Assembly: GCA_026986535.1 (NCBI GenBank)
Contig: JALSOK010000030.1
Location: 1 to 56,287 of the forward strand
DNA from: a candidate division WOR-3 bacterium
GTDB taxonomy: Bacteria; Hydrothermota; Hydrothermia; LBFQ01; DSFT01
Direction of reading: 5' to 3'
Length of the DNA stretch: 56,287 bases
The position numbers and the translations under genes are program-made. Positions 27,107 through 35,975 of this stretch are shown one piece after another (within the stretch, counting starts at the first letter, position 1; the number at the start of each line of letters is the position of its first letter). Under the pieces are notes generated by a model. The model made no database searches. It saw nothing but the letters and a program-made list of their open reading frames with translations, and was not told the origin of the DNA.

Positions 27107-29476
27107 ATGCTGTGGGTTTTAGTGACCGCTTCTCAAAGTGTTGAGGTATGGAATAAGTTCGTCCATCTGGCATCCCGCGAGATGGGCAAGCAGAAGGCTC
27201 TCCATCTTCTGGAGACCCGGAGTTATCGGGAGCTCGCACCCGTAGTGAAGGAGGTCTTCCACCTGAAGGATGATAAAGAGGCCCTGCACCTGGCCCGTAT
27301 CATAAGGGAAGGGTATGGGCTCCTCAGCAGAGGGGATTCGGAGCCGGATGTCCCATCTCTCCATGTGGTGTACTCCGACGAATGCAGGAGAAATCTCTGG
27401 CAGTGGGGGGAGGACGATTCCATACCTTCGTGCTCGGGAACGGACCTGTGCTTCGGAACGGCCCTGAACGGGCAGTATCCTGTGAATGCAGATGATACCC
27501 TGATGTCTCCCCCTCTGGATCTCTCCTCCTACGATGTTGCAAGGGTAATATTCAGCCATTACTATCAGACCGAGGCCACCTACGACTATGGCAGGATGCT
27601 GTGCTCTCCCGACGGTGGACTCACATGGGTGGAAGTGGGAGGCCCCTACAGTGGAAGCTCTGGTGGATGGCTGACTGATACCATCGACATATCGGCATGT
27701 GCCGGTTCCAGCAATGCCCTCATTGCCTTTGCCTTCCATAGCGATGGTGGTACTCAGGACCTGGGATGGTATATCGATGACATCTATGTTCAGGGGGCCA
27801 ATTACGATGCTTTTTCAGCCCTCTACTCCTCCTCCTTCGAGGGTCCGGATGATGGGGATCTGGTCCCCGTCCTGCTGGGGGATTCCACTGCTCCCTGGGA
27901 GAGGGGTGTTCCCACCAGCGGTCCGTACAGTGCTTACGATGGGTCCAGGGTATGGGCCACCAATCTCTCCGGCGATTATAAGAATTATGCACACGAAGCC
28001 CTGACGAAGCAGAGCGCGATTGCCCTTTCGGGGTATTCTCAGTACGAGTTCGTCTTTTATCACTGGTACGATATAGAGACCGGGTACGACAGCGCCCTGG
28101 TGGAGTTCTCCACAGATGGGGGAGCCACCTGGAATGTGGCAGGCACATATACGGGCTCCAGTAATGGATGGGAGAGGGTGTCGCTGGATCTGACTCCTTA
28201 TGCTGGAAGCGACATACTATTCAGATTCCGGTTCCGGAGCGATTACAGTGTGAACTACAGCGGATGGTATGTGGATTCGGTGAATGTGTATGGGGTGGAT
28301 CTGGGCCCCTATTCCCTGCTGGCTTCGTACGATTTCGACGGCGACGATGAAGGATTCAGTGTTTCGGGTTATATTGCGGGCAATCCATACGAGCTCACCA
28401 ACTCCTACCTGACCTGGTGGATAGATATAACGGGGAACTCTGATTTCGGCACATATACGGCCGAAACCGGCCCCAATCATGTCTATCCCCACATAACCCT
28501 CCTTTACGGGGGGAGCTATCCCAGTGCCTGGAGCAGCTGGACCACCATACATTCTGAGAATTCGAACATCGACTACATAGGCAAGAATGGGACCGCCACG
28601 CCGCCTTCTGGCTACGATATGGCCAATCTCAAAAATTTTGCCTCGCAGGTGATATGCGATACTGCAAACAGGTCCCTGGAAATCGTTTACGAGATAGACA
28701 CTGCGGGGGACAGGCTGACCGTGAAGGAGGTCTTCTGGGTGGAGGGAACCTACTCCAACAACTCCTTCCTCTGGCACAGGACCACCGTAATCAACAACTC
28801 CCTGTTCAATACGGCAAATGTGGGTGTCAGATGGGAGTACGACACCCATGTGGATAATACCGACCATCCCGCCCAGTACCAGTGTAAGTACGATTCCGCC
28901 CTCGGAGACCTGCTATGTAGCGATGAAATTGCCACCCCCATTCAGGTGGGACCTCCCGTCCCGGACACCTTCAACTATATGCGGGAGTCGGATTCCAATC
29001 CTCCCTCGGGTGATAAATATCATGTGTTTGCAGTGGTGGATGACTCCGTAACACCTCCGGATTTCGTATATCATACCAGGTGGCCCAATGCCAACAGCAA
29101 TACATGGACCTATACATTATCCACGGATGATATAACGGTGGAGAGTGGTTCTGACAATGCTTTCGTGTACTTCTGGGATGTGCAGGCCATCCTTCCGGGG
29201 GACTCCATTTCCTATGTGATTCCAATAGGCTCCGTCCTGACACCGACCCCCGTGTACGACAGGGAGGAGCTGGAGGAGATGGGCATAGAAATCTCTTCGG
29301 GAAGGGTGATTTTGCGCAATATAACCTCCCCGGTGGATGTGGCCCTTTACGATGTTGCGGGCAAACTCCTGAAGAGGGAAACCCTAACTCCGCGGAAGAA
29401 CTGGATCCAGTGGAACAATCCTGGGGTTTATATCGTCAGGGTGGGCAGCAGGGTCTTCAAGACCATAATCCGCTGA
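27107..29476 (+). CDS. Secreted protein with two InhA/MAM-like beta-sandwich repeats and a T9SS-type C-terminal sorting domain
   Basis: 789 aa. There are two homologous ~135-aa repeats (..SHYYQTEATYDYGRMLCSPDGGLTW..GSSGGW..GWYIDDIYVQG and ..YHWYDIETGYDSALVEFSTDGGATW..GSSNGW..GWYVDSVNVYG). The C-terminal end is VDVALYDVAGKLL...PGVYIVRVGSRVFKTIIR. Confidence 0.7.
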   Translation: MLWVLVTASQSVEVWNKFVHLASREMGKQKALHLLETRSYRELAPVVKEVFHLKDDKEALHLARIIREGYGLLSRGDSEPDVPSLHVVYSDECRRNLWQWGEDDSIPSCSGTDLCFGTALNGQYPVNADDTLMSPPLDLSSYDVARVIFSHYYQTEATYDYGRMLCSPDGGLTWVEVGGPYSGSSGGWLTDTIDISACAGSSNALIAFAFHSDGGTQDLGWYIDDIYVQGANYDAFSALYSSSFEGPDDGDLVPVLLGDSTAPWERGVPTSGPYSAYDGSRVWATNLSGDYKNYAHEALTKQSAIALSGYSQYEFVFYHWYDIETGYDSALVEFSTDGGATWNVAGTYTGSSNGWERVSLDLTPYAGSDILFRFRFRSDYSVNYSGWYVDSVNVYGVDLGPYSLLASYDFDGDDEGFSVSGYIAGNPYELTNSYLTWWIDITGNSDFGTYTAETGPNHVYPHITLLYGGSYPSAWSSWTTIHSENSNIDYIGKNGTATPPSGYDMANLKNFASQVICDTANRSLEIVYEIDTAGDRLTVKEVFWVEGTYSNNSFLWHRTTVINNSLFNTANVGVRWEYDTHVDNTDHPAQYQCKYDSALGDLLCSDEIATPIQVGPPVPDTFNYMRESDSNPPSGDKYHVFAVVDDSVTPPDFVYHTRWPNANSNTWTYTLSTDDITVESGSDNAFVYFWDVQAILPGDSISYVIPIGSVLTPTPVYDREELEEMGIEISSGRVILRNITSPVDVALYDVAGKLLKRETLTPRKNWIQWNNPGVYIVRVGSRVFKTIIR

Positions 29477-29480
29477 CCGT

Positions 29481-29497
29481 GGGGGGATTCCTCCCCC
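29481..29497 (+). terminator. Weak GC hairpin after the cargo gene
   Basis: GGGGG-GATTCCT-CCCCC followed by TTAAACTTT. It overlaps the next gene's -10-like box. Confidence 0.3.
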
Positions 29498-29512
29498 TTA
29501 AACTTTCCCCCG

Positions 29513-30286
29513 ATGGGGATCAGGGTATTTCTACGGGGAAGTGAGGAGCTGAAGAGGAAATTGGAAGATGTCCTCCGGAAGCTGGGTACGGATTATGTGC
29601 TGTATTTCGAGGAGGGGGATGACGGGGTGCTGGAGATCGATGGCGTTTCCCTTCCTGATGAATGGAAAGAGAGTCCGGAGCTGTATCTGAGGGCCGCACT
29701 GCTTCTAAGGTTCATGCACGATGGAATACGCCTAAAACTGGTTCCCCGCAGTGGATGGTGGTACTACGGGATAAAGAACCCCGAGAGTGTGGCGGAGCAT
29801 GTTTATTCCATGTCCCTCATGGCGATGCTCGTGGCGGAGTACCTCCGGGAGATGGGGGAGGAGATAGATGTGGGTAAGGTGGTCCGCATGGCCCTCATCC
29901 ATGAGCTGGGGGAATCGAGGATCGGCGATATACATCTGGAGGCCCGCAGGTATATACCCCGGGGGGAGCTCGATGATGCGGAGAGAAGGGCCTTTTCGGA
30001 TGTGGCGGGGGTCATGGGGAACATATCGCGCCGCATTCTGGAACTGTACAGGGAATTCGAGGAGAGGTCGAGCAGGGAGGCCCTCATCGTGAGGGCGGCC
30101 GATAAGCTGGAGCTTTTATTTCAGGCATACATGTACGAGAAGTTCGGCTACAGGAATCTGGAGGCCTTCTGGGAGACGAAGGAGAACTTCCGGGACTTCT
30201 TCCACCACGAATTCCTGGAGGTCCTCTTCCGTCTGATAAGGGCCCTCAGGGAACACGGTCTATCTGCTGAATCCGGCCATTCGTAA
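29513..30286 (+). CDS. HD-domain phosphohydrolase (YfbR-like 5'-nucleotidase family) with ~70-aa N-terminal extension
   Basis: Motifs ESVAEHVYSMSLMA, ALIHELGESRIGD and AADKLELLFQA. The usual HD pair reads HE here. Confidence 0.7.
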   Translation: MGIRVFLRGSEELKRKLEDVLRKLGTDYVLYFEEGDDGVLEIDGVSLPDEWKESPELYLRAALLLRFMHDGIRLKLVPRSGWWYYGIKNPESVAEHVYSMSLMAMLVAEYLREMGEEIDVGKVVRMALIHELGESRIGDIHLEARRYIPRGELDDAERRAFSDVAGVMGNISRRILELYREFEERSSREALIVRAADKLELLFQAYMYEKFGYRNLEAFWETKENFRDFFHHEFLEVLFRLIRALREHGLSAESGHS

Positions 30287-30926
30287 TCCTGTACACCACC
30301 GCGGATGGATGGTTTTTAATCAGTTCGTAATCGTGGGTTGCCACCACGACCGTCATTCCCTGTTCGTTGAGCTTCCTGAGATAATCCAGTATCTCCAGAG
30401 AGGTTTCGGGGTCCAGATTTCCCGTGGGTTCATCCGCTATGAGCATGGCAGGCTGGCGGGCGATCGCCCGTGCGATGGATACCCTCTGCTTCTCCCCACC
30501 GGATAGGCGGTCCGGCAGTTCGCTCCTCCTTTCCCACAGCCGAACGAATTTGAGGGCTTCTTCCACCCTCCTGCGGGCCATTTCGGGCGGAACCCCGGTG
30601 TATCCCAGGGGCATGTACACATTGTCGTATATCGTCCTGTAGTCCAGGAGCTTGAAATCCTGAAATATTACCCCCATCTTCTGGCGCAGTTCCCCTATCT
30701 TCGAAGGGCGGGGTGTCTCTCCGAATATCCTCACGGTGCCCCTGTCCGGAAATTCCTCCATGTATATCATCTTCAGAAGGGTGGTCTTTCCTATTCCGCT
30801 CTGCCCTATGATGAATACGAATTCCCCCTTTTCGATTTTCAGATCCAGTCCGCTGAATACCTTCAGGTTTCCAAATGATTTGTGCACACCCTCCATGAGG
30901 ATTATGTTCGTTTCATTCGGCCTCAT
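30246..30926 (-). CDS. ftsE: Cell-division ABC ATPase FtsE
   Basis: Walker A GQSGIGKTTLLK, signature LSGGEKQRVSIARA, Walker B MLIADEPTGNLD. FtsE-like length and N-terminus. Confidence 0.85.
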   Translation of the reverse strand: MRPNETNIILMEGVHKSFGNLKVFSGLDLKIEKGEFVFIIGQSGIGKTTLLKMIYMEEFPDRGTVRIFGETPRPSKIGELRQKMGVIFQDFKLLDYRTIYDNVYMPLGYTGVPPEMARRRVEEALKFVRLWERRSELPDRLSGGEKQRVSIARAIARQPAMLIADEPTGNLDPETSLEILDYLRKLNEQGMTVVVATHDYELIKNHPSAVVYRITNGRIQQIDRVP

Positions 30927-31857
30927 CTCTCAAATACTCCTTCAGTCTGCTGATAACTCTTTTGACCACTTCCTTCTCCTCCATGGTGGCGGGCATCCTG
31001 AATGCCGCCGCATTCCTGTGGCCACCCCCGCCGAATTCCCTTGCCACTGTGGATATGTCCAGATTTCCCTTGCTTCTGAGGCTTATTCTCCACACATCGT
31101 CGTATTCCTCGAACTTCACACCCACCAGTGCACCCCGGACGGAGAGGGCATAGTCCACTATACCGTAATTATGGCTCCTCTTTGCCCCCGAGATTTCGTA
31201 GAACTCCTTTCTCACTATGATCCAGGCAATGCGCTCCTCCATCTTCAGGGTCTGGAGTGCAAGGCCTATCAGCTTGAACCTCTCGAGGGGGGACTCCCGG
31301 AATACCTTTTCCGCAATCTTCTTTCCATCGACCCCCTTCGACAGGAGGTAGAGGGCATCCATCATGGCCACATCTATCGCCGAATAGGTGAAGCTTCCGG
31401 TGTCCGTGAGCAGTCCTGTGTAGAGGGCTTCCGCAATGGGGATATCTATGGCCTCCTCATCCCATTCCCGCAGGATTTTTAGCATCAGGTGGGCTGTAGC
31501 AGGAGCATTCTGGTCCACTACATCGTGGGGACTGTATCTCCGGGGGGATATGTGGTGGTCTATCTTTACCACCGGTCCATCGGGGTGGGGGAATCCCGTC
31601 CTCTCCCATTCAGCCGCATCTACCAGAACATAAAGCTCCCCCCTTTCCATCGCCCCCACCACTATTTCGTCGAAGCCCCTGAGGAATGTGAGGGTGTCGG
31701 GAGGCTCGTCCCTGGAGACCACCGTGGAGTCCAGCCCCTTTTTCTTCAGAAACAGGTGCAGCGCCAGTGCACTTCCTATTGCGTCCGGATCCGGCTTCTC
31801 GTGTACAGCGATTACTATTCTGCCCCCTGGATTTTCCAGAATGCTCCTTATGCTCAT
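30913..31857 (-). CDS. nrnA: DHH-family phosphoesterase, NrnA-type oligoribonuclease/pAp phosphatase
   Basis: Motifs AVHEKPDPDAIGS, DHH (KIDHHIS) and the DHHA1 motif GGGHRNAAAF. Confidence 0.8.
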   Translation of the reverse strand: MSIRSILENPGGRIVIAVHEKPDPDAIGSALALHLFLKKKGLDSTVVSRDEPPDTLTFLRGFDEIVVGAMERGELYVLVDAAEWERTGFPHPDGPVVKIDHHISPRRYSPHDVVDQNAPATAHLMLKILREWDEEAIDIPIAEALYTGLLTDTGSFTYSAIDVAMMDALYLLSKGVDGKKIAEKVFRESPLERFKLIGLALQTLKMEERIAWIIVRKEFYEISGAKRSHNYGIVDYALSVRGALVGVKFEEYDDVWRISLRSKGNLDISTVAREFGGGGHRNAAAFRMPATMEEKEVVKRVISRLKEYLRDEAE

Positions 31858-31870
31858 GTGAGGACTAATT

Positions 31871-32248
31871 TTATAGGGAAATCTGCTCCAAGATTTTCCG
31901 GACCAGCTTTCCCGTTATGAGCCTGGCCCTTCCGACGGAAATCCCGGGGGAGGCCACCAGTATTATACCCAGTTCGTTCTTTAAATGCTCCAGCAGAATG
32001 ATACCCCTGCCCGTTTCTATGACTACCCTTTCCATTGGGGCCATATTGAGACTCTCCATTACTTTGAGAGATGTGGATAGCAGACCTCCCCCTCTGGCTG
32101 ATAGTTCCTCTCCCCCGATGCCGTCCTGTACCGCGTATGCCACTGGATTTCCGTGCCTGTCGAATATGGCGATAGCGAGAATTCCATTGTCCCTCATATT
32201 ATCCCTCAATATTTTCATCAAGTGCTCTATACGATATTCCCTTTTCAT
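31871..32248 (-). CDS. Roadblock/LC7 (MglB-like) domain protein, second copy
   Basis: 125 aa with the pattern GILAIAIFDRHGNPVA ... LLSTSLKVMESL ... VVIETGRGIILLEHL. Confidence 0.7.
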   Translation of the reverse strand: MKREYRIEHLMKILRDNMRDNGILAIAIFDRHGNPVAYAVQDGIGGEELSARGGGLLSTSLKVMESLNMAPMERVVIETGRGIILLEHLKNELGIILVASPGISVGRARLITGKLVRKILEQISL

Positions 32249-32250
32249 AA

Positions 32251-32270
32251 TTCAATTCTATTCAATTCTA
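32251..32270. repeat. Perfect tandem 10-mer (TTCAATTCTA x2) in the 5' leader of the roadblock gene
   Basis: Read directly at 32251-32260 and 32261-32270, between ATG 32248 and the ATTTTA (TAAAAT on the minus strand) box at 32271-32276. Confidence 0.8.
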
Positions 32271-32292
32271 ATTTTACGGCTTTTTGTGGTCG

Positions 32293-32307
32293 TTTTTTTT
32301 TTTTTTT
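32293..32307. repeat. Homopolymer T15 (A15 on the minus strand) in a divergent promoter region
   Basis: 15 consecutive T read directly. This is the longest homopolymer I saw in the window. Confidence 0.9.
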
Positions 32308-32420
32308 GAACTCACCTTCGAATATTCCCTGTATTTGCGGAAATTTTATTATAGTTTTTATGGAAAATTATAGTTCGTGCTCAATAATTTGCCCCGTGGA
32401 TTAAAATTTTGCCGGATAAG

Positions 32421-33872
32421 ATGTCTTCGCTTGCGGTGAAGTACAGGCCCCGAACATTCGAGGAGCATGTGGGTCAGGAGCCCATAGTGAAGGCCCTGCG
32501 CAATGCTCTCCGATTGAAGCGCATATCCAGTGCATATCTCTTTGCCGGGCCCAGGGGGGTGGGAAAGACGACCACAGCCAGGATCTTCGCCAAGGGTCTT
32601 AACTGCGAGGCTTCCGATGATATAACGGACAGGCCGTGCGGAGAATGTAGGGCATGCAGGGATATAGAGATGGGGAGGCATCCGGATGTGATAGAGATCG
32701 ATGCGGCATCCAACAGGGGCATCGATGAGATAAGGGCAATACGGGAGAGCGTGAAGTACCTTCCCTCCAGGGGGAGGAAGAAGGTCTATATAATAGATGA
32801 GGCCCACATGCTGACGATGGAGGCCTTCAACGCCCTGCTCAAAACCCTGGAGGAGCCCCCGGAGCATGTGGTATTCATCCTGGCCACCACGGACCCCCAC
32901 AGGATACCCCCCACCATTCTCTCCAGGCTCCAGAAGTACGAATTTCGTCCCATAAGCCCCTTCGATATCATAAGGCGTTTGCAGTTCATAGCCAGGCAGG
33001 AGGGGATCGAGGTGGAGGACAGGGCCCTTCATGAAATAGCCCGCAGGAGCGAGGGGAGCCTCCGGGATGCGATCAGTATGCTGGAGCAGGTGTGGGTTTT
33101 CTCCGGAAACAGCGTGACATACGAGGATGTTCTCAAGTTCGTGGGTGGTATTGACCCCGATGTGCTGGGCAGGCTCATTACCCACATAAGGAAAGGGGAG
33201 AGCTTCGAAGCTCTGGCCATTCTGGATGAGCTTCTGACCAGGGGGGTGTCGCCTCAGGATTTCGTTCGGGAGCTGGGCAACTACCTGAATGATTTGCTCA
33301 GAGCTGTGCTGGAGGGCAGGAGGAGCGACATTACCCGGGAGCACATCCTCATGTACATGAACAATGTCCTCAAAATGGAGGAGGTGGTCCGCTGGAGCCA
33401 GACTCCCCGCCTCTGGGTGGAATACTACATAACCCGGATGAGCCTGCTTCCATCCACTGTGGACCTGACGGAGATTGCGAGGAAGTATAACCTGACCCAT
33501 GCCCCACCGGGGAAAGAGAGAAAAATGCCCCGCCAGCCGTCCCCGCCTGTGGAGGAGAGGAAGGAAGAAAGGAGGGAGGATGACCTCGCCATCCTTCTCG
33601 CTTCCAGAATCAGAAAGGCTCCGGTTGCCGGGACGGTCAGGGAGTCCCGCGTGCTTGTGGAGGGGAAGAAGCTGATAATAAAAACCCGCTCCGAAGCCCT
33701 CAGGAAGTTCCTGGAGGAGGAGAAGGAAGAGCTGATTTCTGCCTATAAGGAGCTGGCCCTTCCCGTGGAAGAAGTGGTGATAGAGGTTCAGAAGAGTCAT
33801 CCCGGCCTTCTCCGGTTGATAGATGAACTGGAGCTCAGGGAGCTGGGGAGGGGTGAGGCCGGTGGAGATTAA
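32421..33872 (+). CDS. dnaX: DNA polymerase III subunit gamma/tau
   Basis: Motifs YRPRTFEEHVGQE, Walker A GPRGVGKTT, zinc module CGECRACRD, IIDEAHML and SRLQKYEF. ATG 32421 is preferred over the track's TTG 32409. Confidence 0.9.
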   Translation: MSSLAVKYRPRTFEEHVGQEPIVKALRNALRLKRISSAYLFAGPRGVGKTTTARIFAKGLNCEASDDITDRPCGECRACRDIEMGRHPDVIEIDAASNRGIDEIRAIRESVKYLPSRGRKKVYIIDEAHMLTMEAFNALLKTLEEPPEHVVFILATTDPHRIPPTILSRLQKYEFRPISPFDIIRRLQFIARQEGIEVEDRALHEIARRSEGSLRDAISMLEQVWVFSGNSVTYEDVLKFVGGIDPDVLGRLITHIRKGESFEALAILDELLTRGVSPQDFVRELGNYLNDLLRAVLEGRRSDITREHILMYMNNVLKMEEVVRWSQTPRLWVEYYITRMSLLPSTVDLTEIARKYNLTHAPPGKERKMPRQPSPPVEERKEERREDDLAILLASRIRKAPVAGTVRESRVLVEGKKLIIKTRSEALRKFLEEEKEELISAYKELALPVEEVVIEVQKSHPGLLRLIDELELRELGRGEAGGD

Positions 33873-33896
33873 AATTTGGAGAAGGGAGGTAAGAAG

Positions 33897-34223
33897 ATGT
33901 TTGGAAAGTTCAGGGACTTGAAGAAGGTGGCAGAGCTGAAGTCCAGAATGTCGAAACTGGAGAAGCAGTTCAAAGCCATGCGGATAGAGGAATCCGGAAT
34001 GGACGGCCGTATAAGGGTGGCGGTAAATGGCCTGGGTGAGGTGGTGGAGGTGAAGCTGGATCCCGGCCTGTTCGAGGGGAAGGCGGATGTGAAGAAGGTG
34101 GAGAAGACCCTTGTAAACGCCATCAACTCGGCCCAGAAGAAGGCCAAGAATATGGCCGCCCAGAAGATGCAGGAGCTCATGAACGAGCTTCCCCCCGAAG
34201 TGAGGAGGATGATGGGTGGATGA
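33897..34223 (+). CDS. ybaB: Nucleoid-associated protein YbaB/EbfC
   Basis: The start MFGKF...LKKVAELKSRMSKLEKQ and G.V.V.VNG..E.V.V..DP follow the YbaB pattern. ATG 33897 has AGGGAGGT 6 nt upstream. Confidence 0.85.
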   Translation: MFGKFRDLKKVAELKSRMSKLEKQFKAMRIEESGMDGRIRVAVNGLGEVVEVKLDPGLFEGKADVKKVEKTLVNAINSAQKKAKNMAAQKMQELMNELPPEVRRMMGG

Positions 34224-34813
34224 ATGCTATCCCCGATAAACTCAGAAGGCTCATAGAGGAGCTGAAAAAACTGCCTTCCATAGGGGAGAGGACCGCGGAG
34301 CTGGCGGCCTTCGAACTCGTCGTCAGGAGGGAAAAGCTCGTAAATCTCATAAGGGCCCTCGAGGATGCCGGCAGTCTCGGGCTGTGCGGGGTCTGTCATA
34401 CCGTAACAGAGGGGGAAGTTTGCAGTGTCTGTTCGGATGAGTCCAGAGAGCCCATCCTGATGATAGTGGAGAGCCCCATGGATATGTACAGGATAGAGGA
34501 AACGGGCATATTCCGGGGAAAATATCATGTCCTGGGAGGATTGATAGCCCCCCTGGAGGGCGTGGAGCCCTCCCATCTGTTCATAGATGACATACCGGAG
34601 AGGATACGCAGGGAGAATATAAAGGAGGTGGTCTTCGCCCTCAGCCCCACAGTTGAGGGGGATGCAACCATGTTCTACATCATGGATATCATAAAGGATA
34701 CCGGCGTTCGCATTACGAGAATCGCAAGGGGGATTCCGTCGGGATTCACCATATCGAAAGCCGATGGCATAACCCTGGAAGAGGCCCTTAAGTCCCGTCA
34801 GCCGGTGGAGTGA
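34220..34813 (+). CDS. recR: Recombination protein RecR
   Basis: Motifs LPSIGERTAELAAFEL and the C4 zinc finger CGVCHTVTEGEVCSVC, plus a Toprim region. ATGA coupling to ybaB. Confidence 0.9.
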   Translation: MNAIPDKLRRLIEELKKLPSIGERTAELAAFELVVRREKLVNLIRALEDAGSLGLCGVCHTVTEGEVCSVCSDESREPILMIVESPMDMYRIEETGIFRGKYHVLGGLIAPLEGVEPSHLFIDDIPERIRRENIKEVVFALSPTVEGDATMFYIMDIIKDTGVRITRIARGIPSGFTISKADGITLEEALKSRQPVE

Positions 34814-34814
34814 T

Positions 34815-35975
34815 ATGGCGGCTGGAATTCTGATTACGGGAAATGAACTCCTGGAGGGGTTCGTGAGGGATGCGAACACCCTCATCATCTCCCAGTTCCT
34901 CCTGTCCCGCAGGAGGGAGCCACCCCGCATGTCGATCATGGTACCGGACCGGGTGGAGGAGATACATCGGGGTCTGGGGATTCTGATGGATGGGGATTTC
35001 GAGGTAATAGTCGTTACGGGAGGCATGGGTCCCACAGAGGACGATATTACTGTCCGGGCAGTGGCGGAGTTTCTGGGAAAAAGGCTGGAGAGGGTGGAGG
35101 ATTTTCCCACGGATCTGGAGAAGTACAGGTGGAGGATAGAGGGTTTTTCCATGTTGCCCAATCCGGTGGGCAGGGCCCCCGCCATGTGGGGTCATCACAT
35201 GGACAGGCTGATCGTTCTTCTGCCCGGTGTTCCTCAGGAGGTCCGGGGTTTTCTTCTCAGAACGAGGCTGGGGAGGGTGATACTGGACCACCTTCCCCTG
35301 ACCGACACCTTCTATATGCTGATAAAGACAGGTGGTCTCAGCGAGAGGGAGGTGCGGGACATTCTGTCCCGCTACTACGACAGGATAGGCATTCCCGATT
35401 ACATGGCCACCCCCTCCGGGGTAATCCTCAAGCTTAAGGGTCGGGAGAGGGATGTGAAGCAGAGGGCAGAGGCTGTGGAGAAGATTCTGGGATCGTACAT
35501 CTGGGGATACAACGATGAGACCCTGGAGGAGAAGGTGGCCCTCCTCCTGAAGAAGAGGGGCCTTACCGTATCCACAGCCGAGAGCTGTACATCCGGAAAG
35601 ATTCCCGACCTCCTGACTTCCGTAAGTGGAAGCTCGGCCTACTATCGCGGGGGAATCGTGGCTTACAGTACGGATGTAAAAATTCACATACTGGGCGTGC
35701 CCGGTGATGTGGTGGAGCGCTATACGGTCTATTCGCATCAGGTGGCTGCCCACATGGCGGCATCCATCAGGCGGATCATGGGGTCCCATATAGGGATATC
35801 CACAACGGGCATGGCGGAGAATCCCGATGGGGAGCCCTTTGCCTTCGTGGGGATAGCCGCGGATGAGGTCAGGACCTATTACAGGGAATTTGCGGGGGAG
35901 AGGAATCTGGTTCGCCTCAGTATTGCATACTATGCCCTGTTCCGCCTTTATCAGCTTCTGACGGGCAGGGGTTGA
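34815..35975 (+). CDS. cinA: CinA family protein (MoCF-like N-domain + nicotinamide-nucleotide amidohydrolase PncC-like C-domain)
   Basis: Motifs TGNELLEG, VVTGGMGPTEDD and the C-terminal TAESCTSG, ISTTGMAEN. Confidence 0.85.
   Translation: MAAGILITGNELLEGFVRDANTLIISQFLLSRRREPPRMSIMVPDRVEEIHRGLGILMDGDFEVIVVTGGMGPTEDDITVRAVAEFLGKRLERVEDFPTDLEKYRWRIEGFSMLPNPVGRAPAMWGHHMDRLIVLLPGVPQEVRGFLLRTRLGRVILDHLPLTDTFYMLIKTGGLSEREVRDILSRYYDRIGIPDYMATPSGVILKLKGRERDVKQRAEAVEKILGSYIWGYNDETLEEKVALLLKKRGLTVSTAESCTSGKIPDLLTSVSGSSAYYRGGIVAYSTDVKIHILGVPGDVVERYTVYSHQVAAHMAASIRRIMGSHIGISTTGMAENPDGEPFAFVGIAADEVRTYYREFAGERNLVRLSIAYYALFRLYQLLTGRG

Noticed and set aside
32421-33872. I looked for a programmed frameshift or transcriptional-slippage site in dnaX (gamma versus tau).
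   Set aside because: Only A5 runs are present (about 33520 and 33680). There is no A AAA AAG heptamer or long A tract followed by a nearby out-of-frame stop, so nothing supports a gamma-producing signal from the sequence alone.
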